Below the pieces are notes generated by a model, which searched no databases, was not told the DNA's origin, and was given only the letters and a program-made list of their open reading frames with translations. This document shows, in pieces, positions 8,901 to 18,247 of a stretch of DNA of 30,833 nt; within the stretch, counting starts at the first letter, position 1; each line of letters begins with the position of its first letter. This stretch comes from Candidatus Hodarchaeum mangrovi. GTDB taxonomy: Archaea > Asgardarchaeota > Heimdallarchaeia > Hodarchaeales > Hodarchaeaceae. The stretch spans positions 1 to 30,833 of the forward strand of contig JAEOUE010000168.1 in NCBI GenBank assembly GCA_016839515.1. Reading direction: 5' to 3'. The position numbers were made by a program, and so were the translations under genes.

Positions 8901-10403
8901 TTTATGCTGAAGATCTAGGTAATTTCCCAAATTTGGTTCTGTTATAAGCTGTGAGAGAGCACATAAAGAATAAACTACTTGTGGTTTAAGATTTGACCAA
9001 TTAAGATTATCAACAATATCAAAAGGAGTACTAAATTTAAATCGATAGGATTCAGATGTAAATATTGATAATCCGATCACATTACTGGCAACAAATGGTT
9101 CTTGATCTCCAACAAATGTTATAGGGGCAATGTCTTCAAATTTTGCCAAATTAATATATGACTTAATATCAAATATTACATCTGTTTCAGATCGTATTTG
9201 AGACGCATATTTTTGAAGAAAACCTTCACCAATATCTTTCATTCGATTCTGTAAATTATTTCCTGAAGTAAATTGTAATTTAAAACGATAAAGATATCCA
9301 TATGGATTTATACCCAATTTTGTGCTTGTACTAGATAGATCTAAACATAAGACTAGTTTTATGCCTGAATTTTTGTTTAAAATATCATAATTTTCAAATA
9401 CAAACTCCCTAGAACCTGCTGCAGATTGATGGTGTCCAGAAAAAGCGATAAACATTATTGTTTTTTTAGGTGTAATGTTATTATCCCTGATTAAATGGAT
9501 AAGTTCAAGGAGAGTAGCTATTCCACACGCATCATCAGCACCGGGTGCAATTGAGTTCACAATAGAATTTGAATCAAAATAAGCGGAGATTATTACTTTA
9601 TCCTCATCTTCACCTGGAAGAATTCCTATTACATTCTTTGCATCTATTGTCTTCCATTCCATTCCAGAATAGATTTTTACAATATGACCCCCTTCTTTAC
9701 CAAGTGATCTAATATTTGAAGCAGTGGTCTGATTTGAGATAAAAATTCTTGGAATATATAGTGGTACATCCAAATCTTTTTCTTTAGCCTCAAAACGATC
9801 GGTATTATTAGGTGTAAGAAAAATAATACCTTTTGCACCAAGACTTACCGCATTTACCCAGTTTGATTTTGAATTGAATTCAAGAATTACAATTGAATCC
9901 TTAACTTCTAAACCGTTGAACTCTGTAAATGAACCATAACCTGCATATACTAAAGATCCAATTAATCCTCCTAGAGGAGTTTTACATGCATGTACTGAAT
10001 TTGGATTTAACATTTGAGCAGAATAATTCTGTCCTCCATATTCAATGTAAGTACCATAATCAATAGGAACAGTCAAGGGATAGGTAAAATATTCAACATT
10101 AGACAGATTATTTCGGTTAAAAAAATTAGTAATATATGTCAGGGACTGCTCATAACCTGGATAACCAGTCATTCGGCTCCCAAAACTCGAAAAATTTGCT
10201 ATATGGCTTTGTATACTAGGAAAATAAGAAGAGTTTATCTGACTTGCAAGTAACTCAAAATCTAAGTATTCATTAACTACTTTTGGAAGATCCACTGAAA
10301 ATTCATTGTTAAAATCAATTGTACTTGTAGATGGATTACTTAAAATTAAAGTCAATAGAAAAAAAAAAAGAGGAAGGAGTAAATGAACTTTTAGAATCTT
10401 CAT
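5985..10403 (-). CDS. Giant FtsX/MacB-type ABC permease with N-terminal PA + M28 peptidase-like (degenerate) ectodomain
   Basis: 1472 aa. Signal peptide; SRMTGYPG; PA-like GSLVYAGYGSFTEFNGLEVKDSIVIL; M28-like IISAYFDS...APGADDACGIATLLEL; TM cluster; KRKGRTIIAL (FtsX TM1); second extracellular domain; VYESKKEISIFTSLGLAPFHIAGLFLAE (FtsX signature region); soluble C-terminal domain. Confidence 0.85.
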   Translation of the reverse strand: MKILKVHLLLPLFFFLLTLILSNPSTSTIDFNNEFSVDLPKVVNEYLDFELLASQINSSYFPSIQSHIANFSSFGSRMTGYPGYEQSLTYITNFFNRNNLSNVEYFTYPLTVPIDYGTYIEYGGQNYSAQMLNPNSVHACKTPLGGLIGSLVYAGYGSFTEFNGLEVKDSIVILEFNSKSNWVNAVSLGAKGIIFLTPNNTDRFEAKEKDLDVPLYIPRIFISNQTTASNIRSLGKEGGHIVKIYSGMEWKTIDAKNVIGILPGEDEDKVIISAYFDSNSIVNSIAPGADDACGIATLLELIHLIRDNNITPKKTIMFIAFSGHHQSAAGSREFVFENYDILNKNSGIKLVLCLDLSSTSTKLGINPYGYLYRFKLQFTSGNNLQNRMKDIGEGFLQKYASQIRSETDVIFDIKSYINLAKFEDIAPITFVGDQEPFVASNVIGLSIFTSESYRFKFSTPFDIVDNLNWSNLKPQVVYSLCALSQLITEPNLGNYLDLQHKTFSLKHQFHVGFASIHGNVKEYNETTAWLENVPNALIRVTYMELRKGVPEEFCFYTQADYNGYYQIRGVASSQPDYPLDFIVEAYCFDDSGQLIKANNLGQHGKQFKNTGKLTNSRITINPIIFECGTLTLGGITHPYTQVPSAGSLRYRALDPETRSLYFSYGYIGVGTVSLVFLEPDSPVILVGELPDKILGVYITNSSDEFLRGSGYKVAKGITLNLGLSAWISSKDLLSITKTYVDLYTRYNIDDALVNTTLYNAKTLYSQVEELINQYNYSHALVNIKQLHTLSYDAFKQARNVIEDGTSTTIFFAVLLIPFSFALTSLLFNFDTGVKRIISTGAIFSITLGFFYIIHPGLHLSKNILMIILGVVAIIFIFPALYMIYQEGFNFLKSLRVKIVGSHFVDTSRTSTILIAMSTGISRMKKRKGRTIIALSGIILITFSLTLFTSASTQISVYSKGLEAPTPYTGVYIRSKDWKTPLSQELLENLKIDYSNIGNFTTHWWLYPPAQTTIGYVNISTMDLSAYWVAWALLGLSELEVDFQPVENFLVTGRWLSGNNNSECLLPNSAADILNINVNDTILWSGAQYTVVGLIDGDRFVELKEFDSESITPRNTHASSPNVHISGNQIVIVSADTAKDLGASLYSISVLSDYTNAVKIAETISATYARYLEIRVGNNGIVSIHRRVTQDLGRGFVELAIPLTIAILLMVNTSISTVYESKKEISIFTSLGLAPFHIAGLFLAEFLVYAVIGAVVGYLIGITSAVVLSIIGLFPESLAINYSSGSVINALGFGIIGILLSTVYPLRISAKMSVPSVKRAWELSTRPDEESGKWTISLPFVAATEQEAEGIIEFLREFFLIYESESVGGVFFAQKINTSESEGGRKKSLTATVNLAPFDMGMKQTVELITYLDEIKYHYTFEINLVRLEGILSAWESSVRRFVDSIRKQLLIWRSLPQEEKVVKAEQFRKHLK

Positions 10404-10415
10404 TATTCAACCCAT

Positions 10416-12563
10416 TTATTCTGTTTTTCTAACAATACCTCTAACTACTAAGAAGAGAACTGCGACTATGGATATTAACCAAATTCCAGCTACTATCCAA
10501 TAATATACATCTTCAACAAAACCAGTAAAAAACAGGAATGGTAAGATAGAAGGAATAATTGTAGCAAGTAATGTATAACCCCATAATCCAGCGGTCCCAA
10601 TTAAATAGCCTACAGCTGCAGGAAGAAGATAATTGGTGTAAGCTCGGGTTCCTCCAATACGTACAATTAAAAATTTAATTAGATAAGCAATTAAAATAGA
10701 CAACCACCAATAACCACCTCTTAAACTTAGTAGTATTGGAGCAGCAACAGGATTTAATGGCAACCAAGGTCTACTTAGACGGAGAATATTCAAACCAATT
10801 GCAAACACAGCCCCAAGTATAGCTTGACCCCAAATTTCGATTCCATAACTTCTATGATCCCAAAAACCTCCTGCTGCTAATTCAAGAGAAGATTCACTAT
10901 AATCAAACATATGACCTGCTTCACCTGACCATTCGTTACTTAGACCATAGAAATAAGCTAATACTGGCCATATTATTAAACAGAGTAAAATAATCGAAAT
11001 TACACTAACACTTTGACCTATAAACAGATCTCGAGCTCTAGTTTTTGTTGTTCTTGCGATATTATAACCTTCCAACGCTGAAATAGCAGGAGGTGCAGGT
11101 GCAGCATCACGTTGGAAAAATTGGAGCCACATGGCTGTAACATAATAACCTGGGGTAGCAGCATTGTTCTCACCAATAATTACACGTGCACTATGCATTC
11201 CATGCAGATGTAAATATCCAGGATGACCAATACCCATTCCTGCAGTTTCTGCGCGTAACCGAGCTCCTGCAAGATATCCAATAAGAAGAAATACCACTGC
11301 ATAAACTGCTCCAATTAGTGGGGAACCACTTAATACGAGGCTGCTTAGAAAAATTAATCCGCAAACCATTAAACCAATCCAAGCTGTCCGATAAGAAATT
11401 GGTTCTCCACTTTCATCGATAATACTTGGATCCCAGATAGCTTTTATTGTCCTTATAATGTATCTTCGTTGCAAGATAAATGCCCAGATGGCTACGCCAA
11501 ATAGCATTCCAAATTCACCAAATGCAAATAAAGAAATTCCCCCAACTCGACCAAATCCAGAATCTATGTCTGGAGGAGAAGCTAAGACGGTTGGAGGGTC
11601 AACTATTCCAAATTCTGTCTGAAAAACAGGTATAAGTACCCAAAACAACAAATAGAAGACAAGACCAGAAAGCAAAACATTTAATGATACCAAAAGAAAA
11701 GCAGCGATCATAACTGGTTCTGGTCTGGCTTCTAAATATGCATTTGGAAGTAAAGCACTTAATCCAAATTCCTTTCCAAAATCAATCGTTATTGCCCAAG
11801 CCTTTCCAGGAATAATACCAAATGGAAAGTCGGGAAGAAGTTCTATTTGATAGACAACTCGTAAAAATTCTAAGCTAGACCATCCGATAGCAATTAATGC
11901 ACCTAACGACATGAAAAAGTACCTTGTTCTTTTTTCTGCAGGTTTGGCAAGTGGTGCTTCTATTAACTCTTGAACTGGTTGAGCAAGAGGAAAAGCTAGA
12001 CGTTCGACATCAACCCAAGGCTTTCTAAAAATTTGAATCAAAAAAAGACACATAAATGCCCATGCAATGCATGTAATAGCCCAAAATGCTATAGGAATTA
12101 ACCATTCAGCGATATTCGGAAAAGCACCTCCAGCGTATGCACGATTTATCTCATCTAAAGAAGGAGCCCAGAACGTTGGAGCCCAACCAGTGGGAGGCGA
12201 AAGAGGCTCATCGAGGTGGGTAAACATTGCATTAAGTAGTAGACGCCCAGCAATAAATCCAGAATTAGTAATAGGAATTCCAACAATTAACATTGCCCAT
12301 ATAAAGGTTAATTCTTGGCGAGAATACTGCTTTCCTTTTATTCTGATTTTTTCTAAAAGCTGCAGACCAAAAATAAGTAAAAAGAATGGAAAAAGTATGC
12401 TCATTTCCTCAATGAATATTTGGGGAGCACCACCAAAATTTCCAGAAAAGATAGTAAGAACACCCCAAACTAAAAGAATTGAAAAACCAGTAATAAAAGA
12501 TTTTTTGGTTAAACCATTTTGAAATTTCTCTATTTCATCAAATTGCTCATTCTCTTCGCTCAT
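10416..12563 (-). CDS. Polytopic membrane protein, DUF6785/DUF6784-like (OPT-related)
   Basis: 715 aa with many TM helices; SRQEL, RKPWVDVERLAFPLAQ, ARLRAETAG and WLPLNPV...KFLIVRIGG motifs recalled from DUF6785/DUF6784 proteins; 12 nt upstream of the 1472-aa gene. Confidence 0.75.
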   Translation of the reverse strand: MSEENEQFDEIEKFQNGLTKKSFITGFSILLVWGVLTIFSGNFGGAPQIFIEEMSILFPFFLLIFGLQLLEKIRIKGKQYSRQELTFIWAMLIVGIPITNSGFIAGRLLLNAMFTHLDEPLSPPTGWAPTFWAPSLDEINRAYAGGAFPNIAEWLIPIAFWAITCIAWAFMCLFLIQIFRKPWVDVERLAFPLAQPVQELIEAPLAKPAEKRTRYFFMSLGALIAIGWSSLEFLRVVYQIELLPDFPFGIIPGKAWAITIDFGKEFGLSALLPNAYLEARPEPVMIAAFLLVSLNVLLSGLVFYLLFWVLIPVFQTEFGIVDPPTVLASPPDIDSGFGRVGGISLFAFGEFGMLFGVAIWAFILQRRYIIRTIKAIWDPSIIDESGEPISYRTAWIGLMVCGLIFLSSLVLSGSPLIGAVYAVVFLLIGYLAGARLRAETAGMGIGHPGYLHLHGMHSARVIIGENNAATPGYYVTAMWLQFFQRDAAPAPPAISALEGYNIARTTKTRARDLFIGQSVSVISIILLCLIIWPVLAYFYGLSNEWSGEAGHMFDYSESSLELAAGGFWDHRSYGIEIWGQAILGAVFAIGLNILRLSRPWLPLNPVAAPILLSLRGGYWWLSILIAYLIKFLIVRIGGTRAYTNYLLPAAVGYLIGTAGLWGYTLLATIIPSILPFLFFTGFVEDVYYWIVAGIWLISIVAVLFLVVRGIVRKTE

Positions 12564-12726
12564 TCAAATCCCATCTGATTTTTTTATTATTATTTATAAT
12601 GTTAGTTAACCTAATGTGTCGCAATTATTAATTTATTAAATTTTTTGGAAATTTATCAATATAAAATCTTTTGATGTCTTTTCAATGAATCAGATAATCT
12701 CACAGTTTATTATGGGTGAAAAAGAA

Positions 12727-14613
12727 TTAATGAAATTTAATCGTCTTAATTAGCACTTGTTTAGATTTATGTAAGGTAAATGTCGTATTAAATAAAGTTA
12801 TAGCCTGATTTATTTCAATTTTTAACATCGAAAATAAACTACTTACCGAAGAGATACTATTAAAGGGAGTAATAGACCTTAATGGGCTGATATTTAATGA
12901 ATAATTGAAGGGTTTAAAAGAAACCAAAGCTGAACCCTTAGGAGGTAAATTTACAGAGAATGAATCCCCAGGTAGAAATTCATTTATTGTAGAGTTATAT
13001 GGTATTAGACTGTTATTAATATAAAGATTAAACGTGGTTTGCATCTTTTTAGGAATAAATTCGAGATTTTTCTCCTCAAAATATGGATTCCAAATGATAA
13101 AAAGTCGGTCTTCTTGCAAGGGAGGATATTGAGTATCAAAAATATTGAGATTCACCATTAGAGCATTACGATCTGTGGAAACTCCAAGTGCTTCAAACAT
13201 TAAATACAACCAAATTGTTTCTCCTGATCCATAGATTTCTTTTCCATTAAATCCAGCTTTATAACGATATGAATTGTCCTCATGAGGATGAATATAATAT
13301 TCATCAACATCTTCATAAGGAATATATTGCAATGTTTTAGGCCCATATTCTCGTTCATTAGTATCAGGAATATTGGGTGAAAAAAAATCAAACATCTTAA
13401 TACGATTTAAATTCAAAACTTTTAATGGTTCTTCGGCAATAATGTAAGGGGAAAAGTAGAGATATTTTAGATATTCAAGCCAGATCATTATTGATTCAAT
13501 ACACTCCTTATAGGCTGGTGGTTCTATTCCTGCCCTTTCGGCCCAATTGAAAAATGGTGTGTGTAGGCCATCCCGCCAAGGTCTTGCTTGAATCAGATAG
13601 AGCTCACATTTTCCTCCATTTGTATATAAGAGTTGTTCTTGGGCATAGAAAAACTCACTTGCCATTTTTCCAAAGTCTATTGTCGTATTTAATTTATCTG
13701 AATATTTTAATAATCGTGCTGCAGCTGCAGAAGCACATCCTAACTCTTGAGGTTCATATAATAATTCAAAGGGCTTGGTCTTACGCATCGCAATTAAACA
13801 CTTCATTGCTTCTTGAAGAAAAGTTAGTTCTCCGCAAAGCTCATATGCATCAATCAAAGAATATGCTAGAAGGCCAGCTGTACAATAGTTCCAATTCTCT
13901 GAGCCAACCTGTTTTAAATCAAGATCAAAAAATTGAGGGAATAAATAATTGAAATTCGCTGCAGCTTGTAAAGCGCTGCTTAAGCTAGAAAAATATGGAT
14001 TTTTTAAGAGTGAAATATTCGAAATTTTAAATAGATGACCATATTTCCATACAGAGTTCTCCATAAAATACCAGCTATCATGTCGTGTTTCCCCGGGTCG
14101 ATTAATGGATTGATTGACTTCTGGATTAAAATATTTAGGCAATTCGTTAATAAACATGTCAACCATTGTCTGTCTAGTTGAATTTGGATGTAGTTGTAAA
14201 TATCGATAAAGTGGCCACAAAACATCAATCCCAGCCATCAATTCTGTGATGTTTCTATATCCTTCGGGCCACATCCATCCATGTGCATTCTTTACATAAG
14301 CTCTAAATCCTGTAATGTTGTCTTCATTATCCTTCCCATAAGTCCAACAATCATCATACGTTAAAAACGCATCTATGCACTTATTTGCATATTCCTGCCA
14401 AGTAGTAGCATTCTCTGCAAAGGATGTATATGTAGGTAAGGTAGAAATAGCACTCTGTCGATTCTTTATCATATCAGTCCATATTTCTTCCAAACTTTTG
14501 GGAGGAAATAGAATATTTACTAAAATAATTCCTCCTATAACTCCAGATATGATTATTATAGTGACTAACAAGGCTCTAAGATCAGTACTTTTAGACATTA
14601 TAATCATTCTCAT
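12727..14613 (-). CDS. Putative (alpha/alpha)6 glycan-active enzyme of unassigned family, paralogue 1 (N-terminal TM anchor)
   Basis: 628 aa; N-terminal hydrophobic helix; HDSWYFMEN, YEPQE, YIPYED and GKEIYGSGE shared with two other ORFs in the window. The start may be a downstream Met (MSKSTD). The ORF is solid; the function is inference. Confidence 0.7.
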   Translation of the reverse strand: MRMIIMSKSTDLRALLVTIIIISGVIGGIILVNILFPPKSLEEIWTDMIKNRQSAISTLPTYTSFAENATTWQEYANKCIDAFLTYDDCWTYGKDNEDNITGFRAYVKNAHGWMWPEGYRNITELMAGIDVLWPLYRYLQLHPNSTRQTMVDMFINELPKYFNPEVNQSINRPGETRHDSWYFMENSVWKYGHLFKISNISLLKNPYFSSLSSALQAAANFNYLFPQFFDLDLKQVGSENWNYCTAGLLAYSLIDAYELCGELTFLQEAMKCLIAMRKTKPFELLYEPQELGCASAAAARLLKYSDKLNTTIDFGKMASEFFYAQEQLLYTNGGKCELYLIQARPWRDGLHTPFFNWAERAGIEPPAYKECIESIMIWLEYLKYLYFSPYIIAEEPLKVLNLNRIKMFDFFSPNIPDTNEREYGPKTLQYIPYEDVDEYYIHPHEDNSYRYKAGFNGKEIYGSGETIWLYLMFEALGVSTDRNALMVNLNIFDTQYPPLQEDRLFIIWNPYFEEKNLEFIPKKMQTTFNLYINNSLIPYNSTINEFLPGDSFSVNLPPKGSALVSFKPFNYSLNISPLRSITPFNSISSVSSLFSMLKIEINQAITLFNTTFTLHKSKQVLIKTIKFH

Positions 14614-14827
14614 AATAAAATAAATTTATAGTGATAATTGTAAGAAGATTTAATAGTTCTTTATGTTTTTATTATTTTCTAAGATAAATCAAATCCAGAA
14701 TTATTTGAAAGATTAAAATTTCTAAAATCAATAGGAAATATTACAATAGTCACTAATTGGAAAACTTTCAGAGAACCATGAATAATATTAAGAATCAAGT
14801 TAATTATAAATCATAAAAATAAAGATC

Positions 14828-17233
14828 GTGAAATTTGTGAAAAATTTGGAGTTTATCATTTCAAACCAGAAAATTGTTTTTCAGAATAGAAAAAGAGGAG
14901 TAGATACTGATTTTTATGTAAATAATGGAATAAAATGGATTAAATCTCTTTCAGTTCCCTTAATTTCTTTTGAATGGGGTACTTATTCCGCATTAGAATT
15001 AGAAAAAGTTAAAGCATCAGATTATTCTTTTAAAGTTCTTTTATCAAGAAAATTTGAGGAAGATATTGAAATCAATGCCATAGTTGAATCTCATCCTGAT
15101 ATTAGTCCATGGATCCATTTCAAAATCGAAATAAAACCTTTAAAAATGTTAACATTTCAAAAAAAAGCACCAGAAATTTTATTAAAATTACCTAATTCCA
15201 GTTCTATAACTCAATCTATTGTAATCAATCAACCCACGAGGCATACACCACCAACAAATCAATGGAAATCAAACGATTTCCCAGCTAGTTATCATTGGGA
15301 TGCAAATAAGAAAATTGAAACATTATTTTTTGTAGATTTTTCACAGATGAAATGGATGTCCCCTGAAACATTTGAACGATTTTCTCTATACGAATGTGGT
15401 CTCCACTCTGATGGAAAATTTGGATTATTAAATAGAGTACAATTATCTACTCAGGTTGATATTCCAAGGAATGTTACGCTTTTATTTGACTTCTATATTA
15501 CACAGAACTATTTAGAGAAGCAAGTTGATAAATGGATTGCAGTAGAATCCTTAATTTCTCAATCTTTTAAACTAATCCCTGGAGCAGTTAATTTTCCCAT
15601 TTCAAAGTTGTCATGGTCGAAATTCAGCAAAGGTTGTATTAAGGACTTAATGAAAGAAAATTATTGTTGGTTTGACCCAGAAAACCCTAAATATCACGCT
15701 TATGTTTTTGATGAATCAGAAATCGAACGTAGAAAGGCTTGGGAATCTAAATTTGTTGCAGAGACAATGACAATGCTAGATATCCTTCCTCCTTGGATTT
15801 TATATCTTAAATTGCATTATGATGAAACAGAAACCAGCCATGTTAAAAATACTTGTAAAAGTATCTTACAATTTTCTGATCCTAAATCTAAATTTCTATA
15901 TAATAGCCTTAAAAAGACAACTACGAACGAATACGAAATTAATAGACCAACTAATATATCTATAGGTGATTCATGGTATTTTTTTGAGCCAATAGCACGA
16001 TTCGGGATTTTATTAAAGCTTCTTCCCTCATTTTTACAAAATACTGAATTAAAACCCTATTCGGATATTTTTAGAGTAATGTGTGAAAAATCACAGATAT
16101 TTGTCAATAATCATAAATACAGAATTTCAGCATTTTATAACCCAATTTCTTTACAACCATTTTCAGATAATTCTAAAGAAGTATTAGCTAAATTAGTTGA
16201 TTTACGAGGTAAAAAAGATATTAACTGGAAAGTTGTTGCTAAAAATTATGCTTGTTTATGTATTTTTATTTTTATTCAAGTAGAAGCTTATTATATTTTC
16301 AATGAAAAAAGATATCTGGAAGAGGCAGAAAAAGGAGCAAAAGAATTAGCTAGAATATCACCAGACGAATTATTTTGGGAACCTCTTGAAATTGCTTATG
16401 GAGTTGCAGGCTTAAGCGAACTTTATCAGATCAATCATGATCTATTCTTCTTGGATCTTGCTAAAAAATTAATATTAAATGAGTTAAGAATGTTCTATTG
16501 GTATAATGATAATTCATTTAATTGGGAGGGAAAAAGAAACAATTTAGGTTTAATAATGGCCTGCGTAGGAATTAGATATCCAGCAATGAAAGAAAATATT
16601 GAATCAATTTATCCATGGCTGTCTTTTTTGAAAATAGCAATTCAGAATAACCGATTTGACTTTATTCCTCTCGGTATTTTCAAATTTTTTAACTTAATCA
16701 GGATAAATAGCTTTTATTATTTTTCTGAGGTTTTATCAGATGATTTAATCTATCCCTCACGAATCGATACACCTTGTCCATATATTCCATTTGAAGATCT
16801 AGAAATGCTTGAAACTCCTAGTCACTGCTCTAAAACTCAACCTGAAGTACCAAAGGGAAGACGAACTGGAACATTAGGACGAGAAATATATGGAGCTGGA
16901 GAAATACTCTGGTTATATTTGATGTTCGAAGCGCTTGCTACTGTGGACAATTCAGATATCATGATTATGAACATTGATCTATTTAACTTCAAATATATTC
17001 ATGATTTTCCACCAAAAAAACCTACATTCATACTATTTAATCCATATGAAAAGGAAATTGAAACAATTATTACATTCCCCTATCTCCAGAAGGAGGAACA
17101 ATTAAAGACTACTATTAATGTTTTCTCAATAGAAAAAAACACAAGACTACCCTTATCTTCCAAATTAGAAATGTGGGGGAACAAGATAAGAATAAATTTG
17201 AAAGAGGAAGATGTTATTATTCTAAATTTTTAA
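14828..17233 (+). CDS. Putative (alpha/alpha)6 glycan-active enzyme of unassigned family, paralogue 2 (cytoplasmic, extra N-terminal beta-rich domain)
   Basis: 801 aa, no signal peptide; GDSWYFFEP, WEPLE, PAMKENIES, YIPFED, GREIYGAGE and WLYLMFEAL. Alternative start TTG at 14846 has a GTGA RBS. Confidence 0.7.
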   Translation: MKFVKNLEFIISNQKIVFQNRKRGVDTDFYVNNGIKWIKSLSVPLISFEWGTYSALELEKVKASDYSFKVLLSRKFEEDIEINAIVESHPDISPWIHFKIEIKPLKMLTFQKKAPEILLKLPNSSSITQSIVINQPTRHTPPTNQWKSNDFPASYHWDANKKIETLFFVDFSQMKWMSPETFERFSLYECGLHSDGKFGLLNRVQLSTQVDIPRNVTLLFDFYITQNYLEKQVDKWIAVESLISQSFKLIPGAVNFPISKLSWSKFSKGCIKDLMKENYCWFDPENPKYHAYVFDESEIERRKAWESKFVAETMTMLDILPPWILYLKLHYDETETSHVKNTCKSILQFSDPKSKFLYNSLKKTTTNEYEINRPTNISIGDSWYFFEPIARFGILLKLLPSFLQNTELKPYSDIFRVMCEKSQIFVNNHKYRISAFYNPISLQPFSDNSKEVLAKLVDLRGKKDINWKVVAKNYACLCIFIFIQVEAYYIFNEKRYLEEAEKGAKELARISPDELFWEPLEIAYGVAGLSELYQINHDLFFLDLAKKLILNELRMFYWYNDNSFNWEGKRNNLGLIMACVGIRYPAMKENIESIYPWLSFLKIAIQNNRFDFIPLGIFKFFNLIRINSFYYFSEVLSDDLIYPSRIDTPCPYIPFEDLEMLETPSHCSKTQPEVPKGRRTGTLGREIYGAGEILWLYLMFEALATVDNSDIMIMNIDLFNFKYIHDFPPKKPTFILFNPYEKEIETIITFPYLQKEEQLKTTINVFSIEKNTRLPLSSKLEMWGNKIRINLKEEDVIILNF

Positions 17234-17245
17234 ATTCTGGTTAAT

Positions 17246-17428
17246 TCAGCCCTTTATCCGTGAAAGCGACTGGCCAAAAATTGCGATTCCTATAATGCCT
17301 ATGAACAAGACAATCTCTATTATAAATAGAAGCAATTCACCTATCACTGGTTTTAATTCTTGACTTAATATAGCTAAAATAACAGCTAAAATAACTAAAA
17401 TAAATGCGATTATGTCTCCTAATTCCAT
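17246..17428 (-). CDS. Small membrane protein (two TM helices)
   Basis: 60 aa with two hydrophobic segments separated by SQELKP; GAGG RBS 8 nt upstream; lies in intergenic space, co-oriented downstream of the ABC ATPases. Confidence 0.6.
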   Translation of the reverse strand: MELGDIIAFILVILAVILAILSQELKPVIGELLLFIIEIVLFIGIIGIAIFGQSLSRIKG

Positions 17429-17500
17429 TTTTATTGCCTCTTACAATATAAATTGTTATCTTTTCTAATTTTTTCCTTTATTTAAAATTCTTTTGTAGAA

Positions 17501-18244
17501 TCATTGAGGAATCCTTACATCTTCTGGGCCAATAAACACATCAACTCTATTCTGGGTTCGTATAATTTCTCCATCTCTCAACCAAGAAATTCGATCAGCT
17601 AAATCAAGAAGTTTAAGGTCATGAGTACTATTTATTACGGTTACTCCCGTTTCGTGGCATAGCTCTCGTAATAATTCCACAATCTGAAAGCCTGTTTTTA
17701 GATCTAAATTTCCCGTTGGCTCATCAGCTAAAATAACGCTTGGTTTTCCGGCCAATGCTCTAGCAATGGCAACACGCTGTTGTTGTCCTCCACTGAGTTC
17801 ATCAGGAGTGTGATGGATACGATCTCCAAGACCAACTCGTTCTAAAATTTCTATAGCACGCTTTCGACGCTCTTCTCTTGGAAATCTTTGAAAAACTAAA
17901 GGTAGTGATACATTTTCTAAGGCAGATATGACAGGAATAAGGTTAAATGTTTGAAAAACAAATCCTATCTTATAGGAACGTAGAGAGGCTAATTGTTTTT
18001 TGGTTAAATCAGAGAGGTTCACTCCTTCAAAATAGATTTCCCCTTTCGTTGGAATATCTAAAGCTCCCACCATATTTAAAAATGTAGTTTTCCCCGAACC
18101 AGATGGACCCATAATACAATGAAATTCACCCTTATAGATGTCTAGATTAATGCCTTGAAGTGCATTGATCTTATTATCACCCATAATATAAGTTTTCCAT
18201 ACATCTTCTATCCGAATTGTGACTTTTTGAGACATCTTTATCAC
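17501..18244 (-). CDS. ABC transporter ATP-binding protein, MacB/LolD family
   Basis: Walker [10 protein letters not shown]-loop FVFQTFNL, signature [15 protein letters not shown], Walker [13 protein letters not shown]-loop STHD. Likely true start is ATG 18235 (MSQKV). Confidence 0.95.
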   Translation of the reverse strand: MIKMSQKVTIRIEDVWKTYIMGDNKINALQGINLDIYKGEFHCIMGPSGSGKTTFLNMVGALDIPTKGEIYFEGVNLSDLTKKQLASLRSYKIGFVFQTFNLIPVISALENVSLPLVFQRFPREERRKRAIEILERVGLGDRIHHTPDELSGGQQQRVAIARALAGKPSVILADEPTGNLDLKTGFQIVELLRELCHETGVTVINSTHDLKLLDLADRISWLRDGEIIRTQNRVDVFIGPEDVRIPQ

Positions 18245-18247
18245 TTT

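Noticed and set aside
12067-12522. 151-aa plus-strand ORF
   Set aside because: Fully antisense to the 715-aa membrane protein, with no motif or RBS; typical shadow ORF.
12727-12900. Odd Ser-rich C-terminal tail of paralogue 1, suspected frameshift that lost a TM anchor
   Set aside because: The ORF is uninterrupted, the protein already has an N-terminal anchor, and I could not identify an alternative-frame TM segment.
13554-13952. 132-aa plus-strand ORF and the other short track ORFs (2454, 2607, 4771, 5461, 5941, 8625, 10014, 11191, 13200, 14004, 14375, 18155, 18321, 21787, 27618, 30448)
   Set aside because: All overlap longer, motif-bearing genes in another frame or strand and show no independent coding evidence.
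14614-14827. AT-rich divergent intergenic region searched for ncRNA, tRNA, CRISPR or operator repeats
   Set aside because: No convincing repeat, cloverleaf or palindrome beyond AT-rich background.
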